The notes under the pieces were generated by a model that did not search any database, was not told the origin of the DNA, and worked only from the letters and a program-made list of their open reading frames with translations. From Eledone cirrhosa (Eukaryota), in contig OZ024743.1 in NCBI GenBank assembly GCA_964016885.1, forward strand, positions 342,674,001-342,738,000: DNA of 64,000 nucleotides, written 5' to 3'. Position numbers and translations under genes: made by a program. Positions 52,194 through 64,000 of this stretch are shown piece after piece (positions within the stretch are counted from its first letter, which is position 1; each line of letters begins with the position of its first letter).

Positions 52194-52391
52194 AAAAAAG
52201 TGTGGTAAGTAGCCAGGTGGACCATAACGCACCAGAGTACTCGATACTTACGGTACTAGAGTGAGTAATAGGAAAAGAGTAAGGACCCCGATGGCTGAGC
52301 TCCGGCTGTTTCGACAACTAGATCCGAACTGTTCGGATCTAGCTGTCGAAACGCTCAGAGCTCAGCCGTTGTGGTCCTGACTCTTTCCTAT
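52190..52391. mobile_element. Second, diverged copy of the short palindromic element in (TA)n
   Basis: Arms about 52268-52329 / 52331-52391; tail homologous to 37493-37557. Confidence 0.75.
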
Positions 52392-52614
52392 ATATATATA
52401 TATATATATATACATACACACACCCACACACACCCACACACAACAAACACACACATATATATACACACATCTCTCTGACTCTACACACAGGCACATATAC
52501 AACCAGTTGAAATACCAAATCCCATCTATATTTAAGTGAACAAAAAAAGTATTTATTATCAATTGGTCAGAAATTTATAAACATACTCACATACAGGTAC
52601 ACATACATATGCAT

Positions 52615-52727
<113 letters not shown>

Positions 52728-52966
52728 TGTTTCTTTATTAGCCACAGGGGCACAAAAGAAGGGGACAAATACAAAGGGGGAAGTTTACATACAATAAAAA
52801 CGTGTAAAATGTTATCACAAATGGAATTTAAAAAGTTAGTCGATTTTCCACAATAGGGGGAGACAGTTTATATGGGTAACACATACCGCCGAAAAAATGT
52901 GCAACCCTCGTCTCTAGGAGTACGAAGAGTTTGTACTCCTTTCCTCTCCTCCTCCTTTTCCTCAAC

Positions 52967-55900
52967 CTACAGGCTGATATAGAGAGCAGGCCCATTCACT
53001 CGGGCCAGTCTCGCCACTTTCACCCACCTTTCATAAAACTTGCTGGGGTACAGCACCTCTCTCTCCATCCTGATTCTTCTTCCAAAGTGGTATTTGAAAA
53101 AAAGAATCAGTTGTTGGCCGGAAAGAAAGGTGTCTGACCTCAGCCCTTTCAACCTTGTCCACCATATAACCTCTTTCGCCTTGGCTATCACACAAAGGAA
53201 AACCGCCTCTCCTTCGTTTTTGAAGGAGGGTGGCGATTTGATCATGACAATGGACTCGGTGGTCAACTGGATTGGTCCCACCCGCGACAATAGTCGTTCT
53301 ACATAGCCCCACAGGTCAGTGACGCCCGGGAAGTGTATGAATGCGTGCGCGACGGTTTCTTCGTCTCGCACGCACCTCGGACAGATCTTTTTTGCAGGGT
53401 CCCTGCCCGGGCTCCCATGTCTGTAGAGCTTGTCTCGAACTGGTAGAGATCCTCAGTAGCACTGCCAGGCCAGGGACTTTTGGAAGTTGTCCATCGGTCC
53501 CGGGCGGAAGGTCCTACCGAACAGACTGGCCAGTTCATCTTCCTCTGCGCCTAGATTTTCACCGAGCGCGTCGTCGCACTTGCTGCGGATCAACCCTCTA
53601 TAGAATGACGAAGTGGAGTCTCCACTGATCTCCGGGTCCGCCTGCCAGAGGGCTGTGAGCGCCTGAGCACATTCGATGTGCCAGTCGCCCATTTTCCTCG
53701 GTCTTTGCTTGACCCAGGACTGCAGCTCGGTCAGCGAGACGAGTCGTGGGAAGGCTCACCTCACGAACGGGGCCCACACCGGTTGTCCGGTGAGGAATAC
53801 GTAGAGATGCCGCAGCCTGAGCGCGTGTTTGCGCATCGTCAACCACGGCATCCCCAGCCCTCCGTTATAAGGGTGTTGGCAGCAGATGGATCTTCTCACC
53901 AAAGGAGCCCGCCTCTTCCAAAGGAATCGGAAGAGCGCGCGTTCCATTTTGGCGAGCGTTTTGGCTGGACAAGGCACGACGGTCAAGCGGTAGTAGATGG
54001 CGGACGCTATAAAAGTGTTCGCCACCTCCGCTCGACCTTTCAAGGGTAGTTTGCACTCGGCCCACTTCTGGGTGAGTGCAAACACCTTGGTCGTCACTTC
54101 GTTCCAGTTCTTCTCCAGCTGGAGGTCCGGACCAAACCAGACCCCGAGCAGCTTTACCGGTCCTTCCGTCCAGCGTCCGACGACGCCATCGGAAGGCATC
54201 GGTTTGCCTCTCCACGATCCGAGTTGCAAACCGATCGACTTGTCCCGGTTCAGCTTCGCTCCTGTGAAACTTTCGTATTCCTTCAGTTAGGTGGCGACTT
54301 CCTCGATTTGCGAGGCGCTCGACACCATTACTGTCACGTCGTCGGCGTAGGCCGACGCCGCTTTCCGCAGTCCCGGTTCCAGAGGGATGCCCTGCAATAG
54401 CTCCAACTTCCGCAGTAGTGGCTCGAGAGTCAGTACATACAGAAGGGATGAGAGAGAGCATCCCTGTCGAATGGATCGCGTAATATGGAACGGCTCCGAG
54501 AGGTAGCCGTTCACCTTGACCCTTGAGCAGATGTTGCTGTTGTACATTGCAGCAATCCAGCCCCTGAACACGGGTCCGAAGCCTGCCGCCTCGAGCACCG
54601 CATCCAGGTAACGATGGTCAACCCTATCGAAAGCCTTAGACTGATCCAAGTTGATCAGGGCCCCACCGAAGCCGGGTTTACACCCTACCCTCTCTATGAT
54701 GTATCGCATGAGGTGGAGGTTGTCGTGGATGGACCTGGTCGGGATTGCGCATGTCTGCGCTTCTCCCACCAGGTTCTCGACGACAAGCGCCAGCCTCTTT
54801 TCCAACACCTTGGCCAAAATCTGTAACTCTGTGTTTAGCAGTGTTATGGGCCGGAAGTTGCCTATGTCATCCCCCTTATTCTCGTCCTTCCTGATTAGTG
54901 TGACCACGCCCCCGGTTACAGAACTGGGAATTCTCCCGTTTTGTTGCCAGTTGCAGTAGACCGCTTCCAGGAGACCGGAGAATAAGTCCGGCATTGCTAC
55001 GTAAAATTCGTAGGGTAGACCGTCGAGACCTGGAGATTTGCGTTTGCCGCATTGGCTCAGCGCGTCCCCTATCTCAGTGGCTGAAATCGGCTTTTCGCAG
55101 AACTTTGCCTCGCTGTCCGAGAGTCGCGGTAGGCCGTCGAGGTATGGACCGAATTCCATAGCCTCTCCCGGCGCCCCCCCCCCCCGAACAGCTGAGCAAA
55201 GTGCCGCTGAAAAGCCGCACACATCTGCTTCGGCTCACGTATCACGCGTCCGTTTTTGTCCTTCAAAGACCGAATCGTGGACTTGTTGCCACTTTTTTCC
55301 TCCGTCACTCGGGCCCAGCTAATAGCTTTGGCTCCCTCGTTTCCCAGAGCACGTATTTTGCTTCTGACAACGCAGCCCTCGTGCTTTGCGTCGAAGAACT
55401 GGTCCAAGGCCGTTCTCGTTGCTAGCACGCTGGCTACGTTGCCACTTCTAATTGCCTCTTCTACTTTATCTACCAGTTCCTTCTCGGTTCGATTTCTATC
55501 TAACGCTAATTCTTTACTAAAAACTATCGAGTCTAATCTAACTGCCCTCTTGAGAGAGTACCACCATCTGTTGTTGACAATGGCCCCTGTCAAGTGCTGT
55601 TTAACTAAAGTGCTAATCCGTCTACTGTAGGCTTTGCTTGTCGGTAACGACAAGTTCAGCTTCCAGTAGCCGGGTCCTTGTCTATGGGTTCTATCAAGGT
55701 TGGCCATGCAGGTCACCAGTTTGTGATATGAATAGGCAACCATGAACATTTGTGGACAGCTTAACATGTCCCTATCCTTATTTGTAACTAGAACCCTATC
55801 TAGGTACGATCTAGATGTTCCGCTACGATTACTCCACGTCCACAATGGCGCAGTCGGAAAATCTAGTCGATATCTATCGGCCAGGTCAAATCGGTCGATT

Positions 55901-56403
55901 AACTGTTTGAGGCTGTTACACTCCCCTTTATCGGGACATGCTCCCACATAGTCCCAACGTGCATCTAGGATTCCATTCCAGTCCCCCACTAAAAGCAAGG
56001 AGCGGGACGTTCCCAGAAAAGTCTCTAGACGTTTGAAGAAGTCTGGTCGCGGTGTCCCGGATGGGGCATATGCGGCCACCAGCCTGAAGGCTCCACCTTC
56101 ACTACCGTCAACGTCTAGGACCACCAGTCAACCCTGCGGGTCCAGATGTACCGTCTGTGTTACGAGGCCCAGGTGTTTCCGGAGCAAAACGGCAACTCCT
56201 CCCCCACCCCCCGGTTGACAGAGAGATGCGTAGATCTCAAAGTCATCGAATATGGGGGCCAGCTGTCGCTCGCTGTGGATCCTGGACTCGCAAATGGCTA
56301 CCACATCCATACTGTGCGACCTGAGGTCGTTTAAGAGTTTGCTCTGTTTCCAGGGCATCCCCAGGCCGCGTACGTTCACACATCCAACTCTTATATTGGC
56401 CAT
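52967..56403 (-). pseudogene. Tx1 ORF2 (APE endonuclease + RT) with premature stops and frameshifts
   Basis: NVRGL, VAICES, YAP, GDWN, SYLDR, SYH (APE); GYWKLN; KSPGLDGLP, FRPITLLN, DQSKAFD, RQGCSLS, YADD; ETVAHAF. Confidence 0.9.
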
Positions 56404-56651
56404 GTTGGTGCTGAAAAGTTAAAAGAGGAAAAGAGATCACTCACCCTTCGCCTCCTGGGGACCAGGCCGCACGATTTCCATGGGGGTGTTGGAGGTGTTG
56501 TCTGGATGGGTGGTGGTTTCCGGTAGGGTGGGGACGGAGATGTTTGGTGGGGTGGGATATGGTGGGATGGGGGTGTCTGGGTGGGGAGACATTTGAGAAG
56601 GACGCGGTTGAGTGGTTTCACACAGGAATTCCCCACATCCTTCTCAAATGT

Positions 56652-58348
56652 TTATTTTAGGGACCCATAAGTTTGCATAGGGACCCTAATCAGTTTTAGG
56701 TTCAGTTTTTTGCTATTTTTAATAGAGTGGGCGAAAGTTTTCCCTTCGGTTTTCACCGAAGGGTCGTTCGTGATAGTCTCCATTAGTGTTTTGTTTTCAG
56801 TGTTTATGTAAGTGTAAGTGTAATTTTCTTGTGTTGCGTTTGTTTTTGTCTGTAGTTCCTGTGTGTGCTTTCGTTTTGTTGTAGGTATTTTGTTTTCAGG
56901 AGGTGGGGGTTTTGTTTGTGACGTTTTTGTTGTTTGTGTTGGTGGTTGTATGTTTGTGGTAGTGTTTGCTGGTTTTTTGCTTTTGGGATGTCTTTTCTTT
57001 CTTTTCCAGCGATGGGGTTCTCCCTTGTCTTCACTGGGTGATGGCGAGATAGCCTCAACTGTTGTATCGTCTGTGTGATTGGGGAGGGGTATGTCTTGGG
57101 GAGCTGTTGTGTCTGTATGTGATTTTGCAGTGGTTTTAGGTGGAGTGGGGTTGGGTGGGACTGTGTTTGTTGTGGTTATTTGTGTGTGTTGGTGTTGTTG
57201 TTGTGGTGGTGTTGGTGGTTGTGTTGTTTTGATGGGTGTCGGCAGAAGAGCCTTTTTTTGGTTCATTAATTTAGGACAGGAAGCCCTCAGGTGACCCCTG
57301 CTAAAGCAATGGTAACATGAAGGCCGCCTACCCTCAACCGAAAAGTTTATGTAGGTGAGTCCGTCCAGGAGTACACGCTGTGGGATCATAGCTATTCGCT
57401 CTGGGCTCATTTGCACCAGAACTTCACTGCTAGTCCCATTGAATACATCTCTGGGGGACTTTCCTACTGACAGTATTCTGTCTTCATCAAAATTGATGAA
57501 GCCGCACAGTATCCACCATATGTTCACCTTTGGTGTGACACTCGTGATTCTGATCTTTTGTGTCCTTTTTCCCATGTATGTAGGGAAAAAGGTGTACAGG
57601 TTGGATACAATTGGCGACACAGAGTAATTTTGGGCCGTCAATTGATCCTTCATGAGTACCGAAATACTCCCAAAAAGTTTGCTTCTTTGAATGAATGCAA
57701 TATCATTCATTGAATTTTTGAAAACCAGTTTAATTTCTTTCTGTGACAATTGAACTGGTTTTCGGGTAGAATTGGAAACTGTCCTAAAAACTATCGTTTT
57801 GAGAGCAGTTTCCTTGCGAATTTCTACCGGAGAATTGATGCTGAAAGCACCATTTTTTTCGAAAGTTACATATCTCCTAGCGTCCTTTAAAAGTTGTTCA
57901 GCATTTGTTATGTCGAGATATATCAATTCCTCCTTTTTTTTAACTTTCTCTGCAAAGGAGATTTTTGGTTTCTTTGTGGAATCCGTGTTGTTGGTGTTGT
58001 CATTATTGTTGTTATTGTTGTTGTTATTCTTGCTGTCACCAATGTTGGTATTATTCGTATTTTCCTTGGTGTTGTTGTTGTCTTTGATGCTGGTGTTATT
58101 GGTGTTGTCTTTATTTTTTCTTTGTTGTTGTTATCATTCTTGCTTTTATCATCATTATTGGTGTTGCTGTTATTTTTGTTGTCATTAAATTGTTTGGTGT
58201 CATTTGTGTTGTTTGGATATGAATTCGTTTTTACATTTTCATTTCGTCTTTCCATCTCTATAGTATCTAGTGAAGAAGACGTTGTTGACTGCGAGCTTTG
58301 TAGTCTTACCGCCTCTCCACCACCATTATCGTTGGACGCAGCGTTCAT
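56652..58348 (-). pseudogene. Tx1 ORF1 (gag-like, CCHC knuckle), frameshifted at a homopolymer near 57935
   Basis: CYHCFSRGHLRASC knuckle; Pro/Thr-rich tail; Asn-rich N-terminal part lies in the adjacent frame. Confidence 0.8.
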
Positions 58349-58567
58349 AACGTAATCAACATTTCACAATATTTTTTCAAGATTCGATGGAGAAAAATTT
58401 TTTCAAATGGATATTCCGCCCCTGTAGGGGCGAAAATGAGTTGACCCACCACCTGAAAGTCCAGACGGGGGTTCAAGTTACACAATGATATAAAATTTAA
58501 CTAAAAACTCACGTTTTCTTTTCTTACATAAATTAACGGAAACTTCTCCGCGAAGTTACACACGTCT

Positions 58568-58658
<91 letters not shown>

Positions 58659-58794
58659 GCGCCGAAACATCCAAGATCCGTAGTAAAGAGCTGACGAAGG
58701 GAAACTGTTCATCTCTTGTTTGTGTCCCGATTACCTTCCAATCCAACACTTCCTTTTCAGTAAGCACACAGCCTCGCCTCCTAACCCATATTTT

Positions 58795-58865
<71 letters not shown>

Positions 58866-58870
<5 letters not shown>

Positions 58871-59719
58871 GACAGGGGGGAAGAAAAAATGGCTTCACTT
58901 GTGCTTTCAACAAATTTATTTTCTTCACAAAATCCAAAAAGAATTTTTCTTAAAAAAAATTATTTTATAAATTAAGTTGTTGGTTGTTGGTTAGGTCTTA
59001 GGAGTTCTTGGTTAACGTAGGAGGTATTGTTTCGTTTTTAGAAAGACCTTTCACGCTGAGGTGCGCTTGTCAAACTGATGTGTATGTGGTGTGTTGTTCT
59101 ATATATAGGGATTTAACATGTCTGTGGTGTGGTAGGGGTTTCTTTTCTCCCCCTTTAATAAGTGCATGGGTGTAGGTGTGTTGAAAAAGTGTTCATAGCA
59201 GTAATGAGTTGAGACGGTGAGTAGGGTTGGGTGGGGAGAAACTTAACAAGTGCGGCCTGCCCCGGTCATTCTCGAAAAATTCCTTTATTCAGGGAAAAAA
59301 GCTTTTAGCATCGCTTTTGTGTTGAGAATGGTCACAGGCAAATCGCACCTGTCAAGCTTGTGAATAATTATTTTTTTCTTTTTTTCCTGAAGAATCTTTC
59401 TACGTCCATCCCAAAGTTAGTCCTTTGTTCAACACACACACATATATGTACATACACACACGGGCATATATAGGAACATATAGGCACACACCATCAATCA
59501 CACACCCCTGTACAAATACATACACAAAAACATATAGAGACACATATAAAAACACACATACACATACGTACACACACGAATATGTACACATACCTCCACA
59601 TGGGTATATATATATATACACATATATACACACATACATACACATATACATACATACATATACATATATATAAATATATATACATACATATACACATACA
59701 CACACATATACACACACAC

Positions 59720-59768
<49 letters not shown>

Positions 59769-59789
59769 TATACACACACACATATCTAA

Positions 59790-59820
<31 letters not shown>

Positions 59821-60079
59821 TACATACATATACCTACATACACATACATACATATACTCACATAAAGATACATAACTAAATATACATATATACACACACA
59901 TACACGCACACATACACACACACACAGACACACACACGCACGTGTGTACACACACACACACGCACACACACACATATATACATATGTCCGTATATATACC
60001 CCTGGGTTCACCCATACATGCATACATACACATACCCACATACATCTATATATATATATACACATATAAAGAGAGAGGC

Positions 60080-60136
<57 letters not shown>

Positions 60137-60467
60137 TACATATATATACATACACACACATACATACACATACATATACACATATGTACACATAAATACA
60201 TACAGACACATACACACATATACACATACATATACACATACATACATATCCATATACACACATATACACACATACATATGCACATATATATATATATATA
60301 TGTATATATATACACATACATACACATACAAGTACATACATACACACATACATGCATACACATACATGTACATACATACATACATATATATATATATATA
60401 CACATATATACATACACATATATATACATATAAATACACATACACACATATACATACATACACACAT

Positions 60468-60524
<57 letters not shown>

Positions 60525-60755
60525 TATACATATACATATGTGTGCGTATACACGAGCACATAAAGACACATATACACATACACATACATATACATACATA
60601 CATATACACACATACATCTACATACATACATATACACAAACAGAAACATACACACATGTACACACATGTACATATATGCACATACATACACACACACACA
60701 TATATATAGGTACATACACATACATACACACACACATAAACATACATATCTATCC

Positions 60756-60812
<57 letters not shown>

Positions 60813-61147
60813 CACACACACATACACACACACACACCTACACCCATGCACTTATTAAAGGGGGAGAAAAGAAACCCCTACCACACCACAGACATGTTAA
60901 ATCCCTATATATAGAACAGCACACCACATACACATCAGTTTGACAAGCGCACCTCAGCGTGAAAGGTCTTTCTAAAAACGAAACAATACCTCCTACGTTA
61001 ACCAAGAACTCCTAAGACCTAACCAACAACCAACAACTTAATTTATAAAATAATTTTTTTTAAGAAAAATTCTTTTTGGATTTTGTGAAGAAAATAAATT
61101 TGTTGAAAGCACAAGTGAAGCCATTTTTTCTTCCCCCCTGTCTTAAT
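58866..61147. repeat. About 315-bp near-identical inverted repeats enclosing about 250 bp of unique sequence and about 1.4 kb of degenerate (CA/TA)n
   Basis: 58866-59180 is the reverse complement of 60833-61147 with very few differences. Confidence 0.9.
59430..60832. repeat. Long degenerate (CA/TA)n array
   Basis: Direct. Confidence 0.95.
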
Positions 61148-61317
61148 CTACCTAAGTGTACCAAGGATTACACACATTTTCCAATATATATATATATATA
61201 TATACAGATTATGCATATATATGTGTGCCTGTATGTGAGTATCTGACCAATTGATAATAAATACTTTCTTTGTTTATCCCGGGTTCAATTGCGGGTAACC
61301 ACAGTAAGTAAGGCACT

Positions 61318-61438
<121 letters not shown>

Positions 61439-61724
61439 TGTGTGTGTGTGTCTGTGTCTGTGTTTCTTGAAACCTACCGTTATGTGATATTTTCTGTCTT
61501 CGTGTTTCTGTCGTACTTGCGAAGTAATATTTTTCTGCTTGCGGGGAGTAAAAGGAAAGACAAAAAGAAAACTGAAAAAATCAACAGAAAGTAAAGTAAA
61601 CGTGGTGTGAAAAAAGATATATTCGTTAAGAATTTTGAATGAAGAGAAACTAAAGAGAAACTAAAGAGAAATATAATCACACGTCGACTATAAGAGGTAT
61701 AAAAGACATGATTGGAAACTCAAC

Positions 61725-62105
61725 TATTATTATGTTTTTTCATTTATCTTGCTTTATGTTAATACGAATTATCACCAAGTCACAACCAGTGACCTCAAGA
61801 GACAACATTGTCCGCCATGTTCACAAAAAAATACACACACATATACATGTATCTTTAGGTGTTTACACTTGTGATATACTTATATCGACAGAACCTTCCT
61901 TAGTATATGGGCAGTTCCGATTAGTATTATCTTTTGTATTTCTTCTATACGCGGATTTCCTGGGATTTGGGATAAGTAATCATTAGACCCCTTAGATATC
62001 ATACATAGAGCGCTTACTGGTATTGTTATAGTTCTCAACTTCCACATTTTTCCAATCTCTATTTCCAGGTCTTTATATTTGCTTAATTTTCCAAATGGAT
62101 TTCCG
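61725..62105 (-). mobile_element. 3' fragment of a further R4/Dong-like LINE
   Basis: Minus-strand KLSKYKDLEIEIGKMWKLRTITIPV...IQKIILIGTAHILRKVLSI*, then a 3'UTR and short taataat tail. Confidence 0.75.
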
Positions 62106-62149
62106 ACACACGCGCACTAGCCTTCATTTTCGATGACTACAAGATCTTC

Positions 62150-62770
62150 CTATCACTTAGTTGGCCGGGAATGAGAGGTGAGGTGGCAGTACTGTTTAGG
62201 AAAGGCCTGGATCTCGAAGTAAAGGCGATGTTCCTGGATCCGGACGGTAAGTTGATGGTCCTGGATGCGAGCAATAGCGAAGCTGGTGCCTTTACTGCTA
62301 ACGGGGCACTGAAATGGCATCTTAGATGCTCGCTGAGATTGTGTGGGAGTAGCTGATAGGAGCTGAGTGTGCAAAATCCTCAAGTACCTGATCAGCCAGT
62401 TTCAACTGTCTGACCGGTATCGACAAGACTTCCCTAATGCACCCAAACCAATCGCATAGGGTCATCTAGAGCGTTTATAGATAGGTTTTTCTGTAGGTAA
62501 GGATAGTATAGGTTGTGCACATTTTTTCAATGCGAAACACGGAGGTTACCTTGTGAGAACTAAGGCGCGTGATCTAAGAAATGAGGGAATGAAAGCTATT
62601 CGATGGGTCCGATTGGCGGAGGCATAGTGTGGTAACAAAACCACGATTCGGTCTTTGGCGGATCGAGACAAACGCGTACAGAACGATTTCAGGCAGATGT
62701 GTGCGGCCTTTCGCCAGTACATTGTTCGGTTGTTCGGGGGAAGAGAGGAGTCGGAGGCGGTAGCAGGCTT
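62150..62770 (+). mobile_element. Decayed, internally deleted Tx1 ORF2 fragment
   Basis: GEVAVLFRKGLDL..FLDPDGKLMVLD and CAAFRQYIVRLFGG are homologous to the 55069-56403 region. Confidence 0.7.
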
Positions 62771-64000
62771 CATACTGATGTTATATTGAGACTTCGTTGC
62801 ACCAGCAACAACAACAACTGCAATAATGACAACAACACCAATAACAACAGCAAGAACGACAATACTAACAACAACAGCAAGAAGGACAGCAACAAGAACA
62901 ACAAAAGCAGCAGAAACGACGAAACCTCACAGCAGGCAGGAGTGGGCCCAGCTACATCATTCGCGAAGGCTGCCAAAAATGTTGAACGAGTACGCATCAG
63001 TGACATGGAGATGAGGCAGGCCAAGATGTTGGTCAAGAGAACCAGACACATGGTCAGAAACACCCACCCACCCGACGTCATAAAAAACTGACGTCTGTGT
63101 ACGGTCTTGTACCTACACTTGAACTTAAAACGTGCCGGGTGGAACGGGTGACCGAGTCCCAGGTCCAAAGGGCTATGGTGCCGTCTGGGTACAGACAACC
63201 TACATAGCGCGAGGATCAAAGTATGGCACCGTGGATGTTCTCTTCGCTACACCAGAAGAAGCCAAAGCACACTCCATTACGCCACTCCGCAGTGACGAAA
63301 TAGTGATGGTGTGCACATACTGCGATCAGAGAGTCGTGAGGGTCCGAGTGACCCAGGTTCCACCCTCGGTAGATATCGTTTGGCTTATTGCGGCCGTCTT
63401 CACTGATGTCGAGGAGTCAACAACAATCCTAGACCTCATACGTATAAGACAGGAAAACTGGGCAGGCTTGTGGGTGGAGCTAATCATCCAATCAAACCAT
63501 GAGAGCATAGAGCCCATCCCCGATGTGATCGACCTGGACGACGGCAACCATCTACCCGTGACTGTCGAAGGTTGACGCCCAAGGTTTCACTGGTGCGGAT
63601 ACAAAACACACCTTAAAGCCTTCTGACCCAAACTCACCAAGTCGGGCACGCGCTCCCCTTTCTCCCTGCGCCGTGCCTCGTAGTAGCAGCAAAACTACCT
63701 GCACCAGCGACACTAACGACAAAAACACCATTTCCACCACCATCAACAGCTCCAACAAAACCAATGGAGAGCATGCCCCTTCCCGGTATCGCTAGATCAA
63801 GTGTGTGGTGACGCTGAAGGGTGGAAAACGATCACAGCGAAAAGAAAAGCAAAGAGCTCCATACCTTCGCTCTCCAAAAAAAGAGGAGGAAAAAATGAAA
63901 AGTCAACTAGCCTATCGCGATCACCATCAACAGCCACACCCCACAACCACCTGCACCATCATCCCCACCACCACCACCATCATTATCATCTAACCCATCG
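62770..64000 (+). mobile_element. Tx1-like ORF1 fragment running off the window end
   Basis: YIARGSKYGTVDVLF, VRVTQVPPSVDIVWL, PDVIDLDDG..TVEG parallel the ORF1 at 56652-57926. Confidence 0.65.

Larger units (their letters stand above)
52728..58567 (-). mobile_element. Near full-length L1/Tx1-clade LINE with few inactivating lesions, flanked on both sides by (GATA)n
   Basis: ORF1 plus ORF2 architecture; AATAAA near the 3' end followed by (ATCT)n; (ATCT)n immediately 5' as well. Confidence 0.9.

Noticed and set aside
59400-60914. Long ORFs such as 59400-60617 (405 aa) and those at 32041-34782, 30954-31344, 40581-41031 and 970-1310
   Set aside because: Translations of (TA/CA/TG)n microsatellites ([12 protein letters not shown]); stop-free by composition, not genes

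Overview
Repeat-dense, AT-rich eukaryotic (metazoan) DNA. The tRNA-SINE families and the very high microsatellite load suggest an octopod cephalopod, but this is inference. There is one host gene: a single-coding-exon rhodopsin-class neuropeptide GPCR (myosuppressin/dmsr-1/sex-peptide-receptor-like, 27582-28742 +). Almost everything else is retroelement. (i) A head-to-tail array of four R4/Dong-clade RLE LINEs in (TAA)n, one with an intact 1129-aa ORF, plus decayed relatives. (ii) A near full-length Tx1 LINE sitting in (GATA)n. (iii) RTE and CRE fragments and a bipartite non-autonomous RTE derivative with (ATGT)n tails. (iv) Many tRNA-derived SINEs, a hAT MITE and a piggyBac-type MITE. (v) Penelope-like remnants. 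The strongest unannotated signal is a set of minimal type I hammerhead-ribozyme motifs. Several have intact cores and compensatory stem changes between paralogues. They lie in short, often fold-back (palindromic) non-coding units embedded in (TA)n. Each retroelement class in the window is tied to its own microsatellite. Coordinates were read by eye and may be off by a few bases; no database search or folding program was run.
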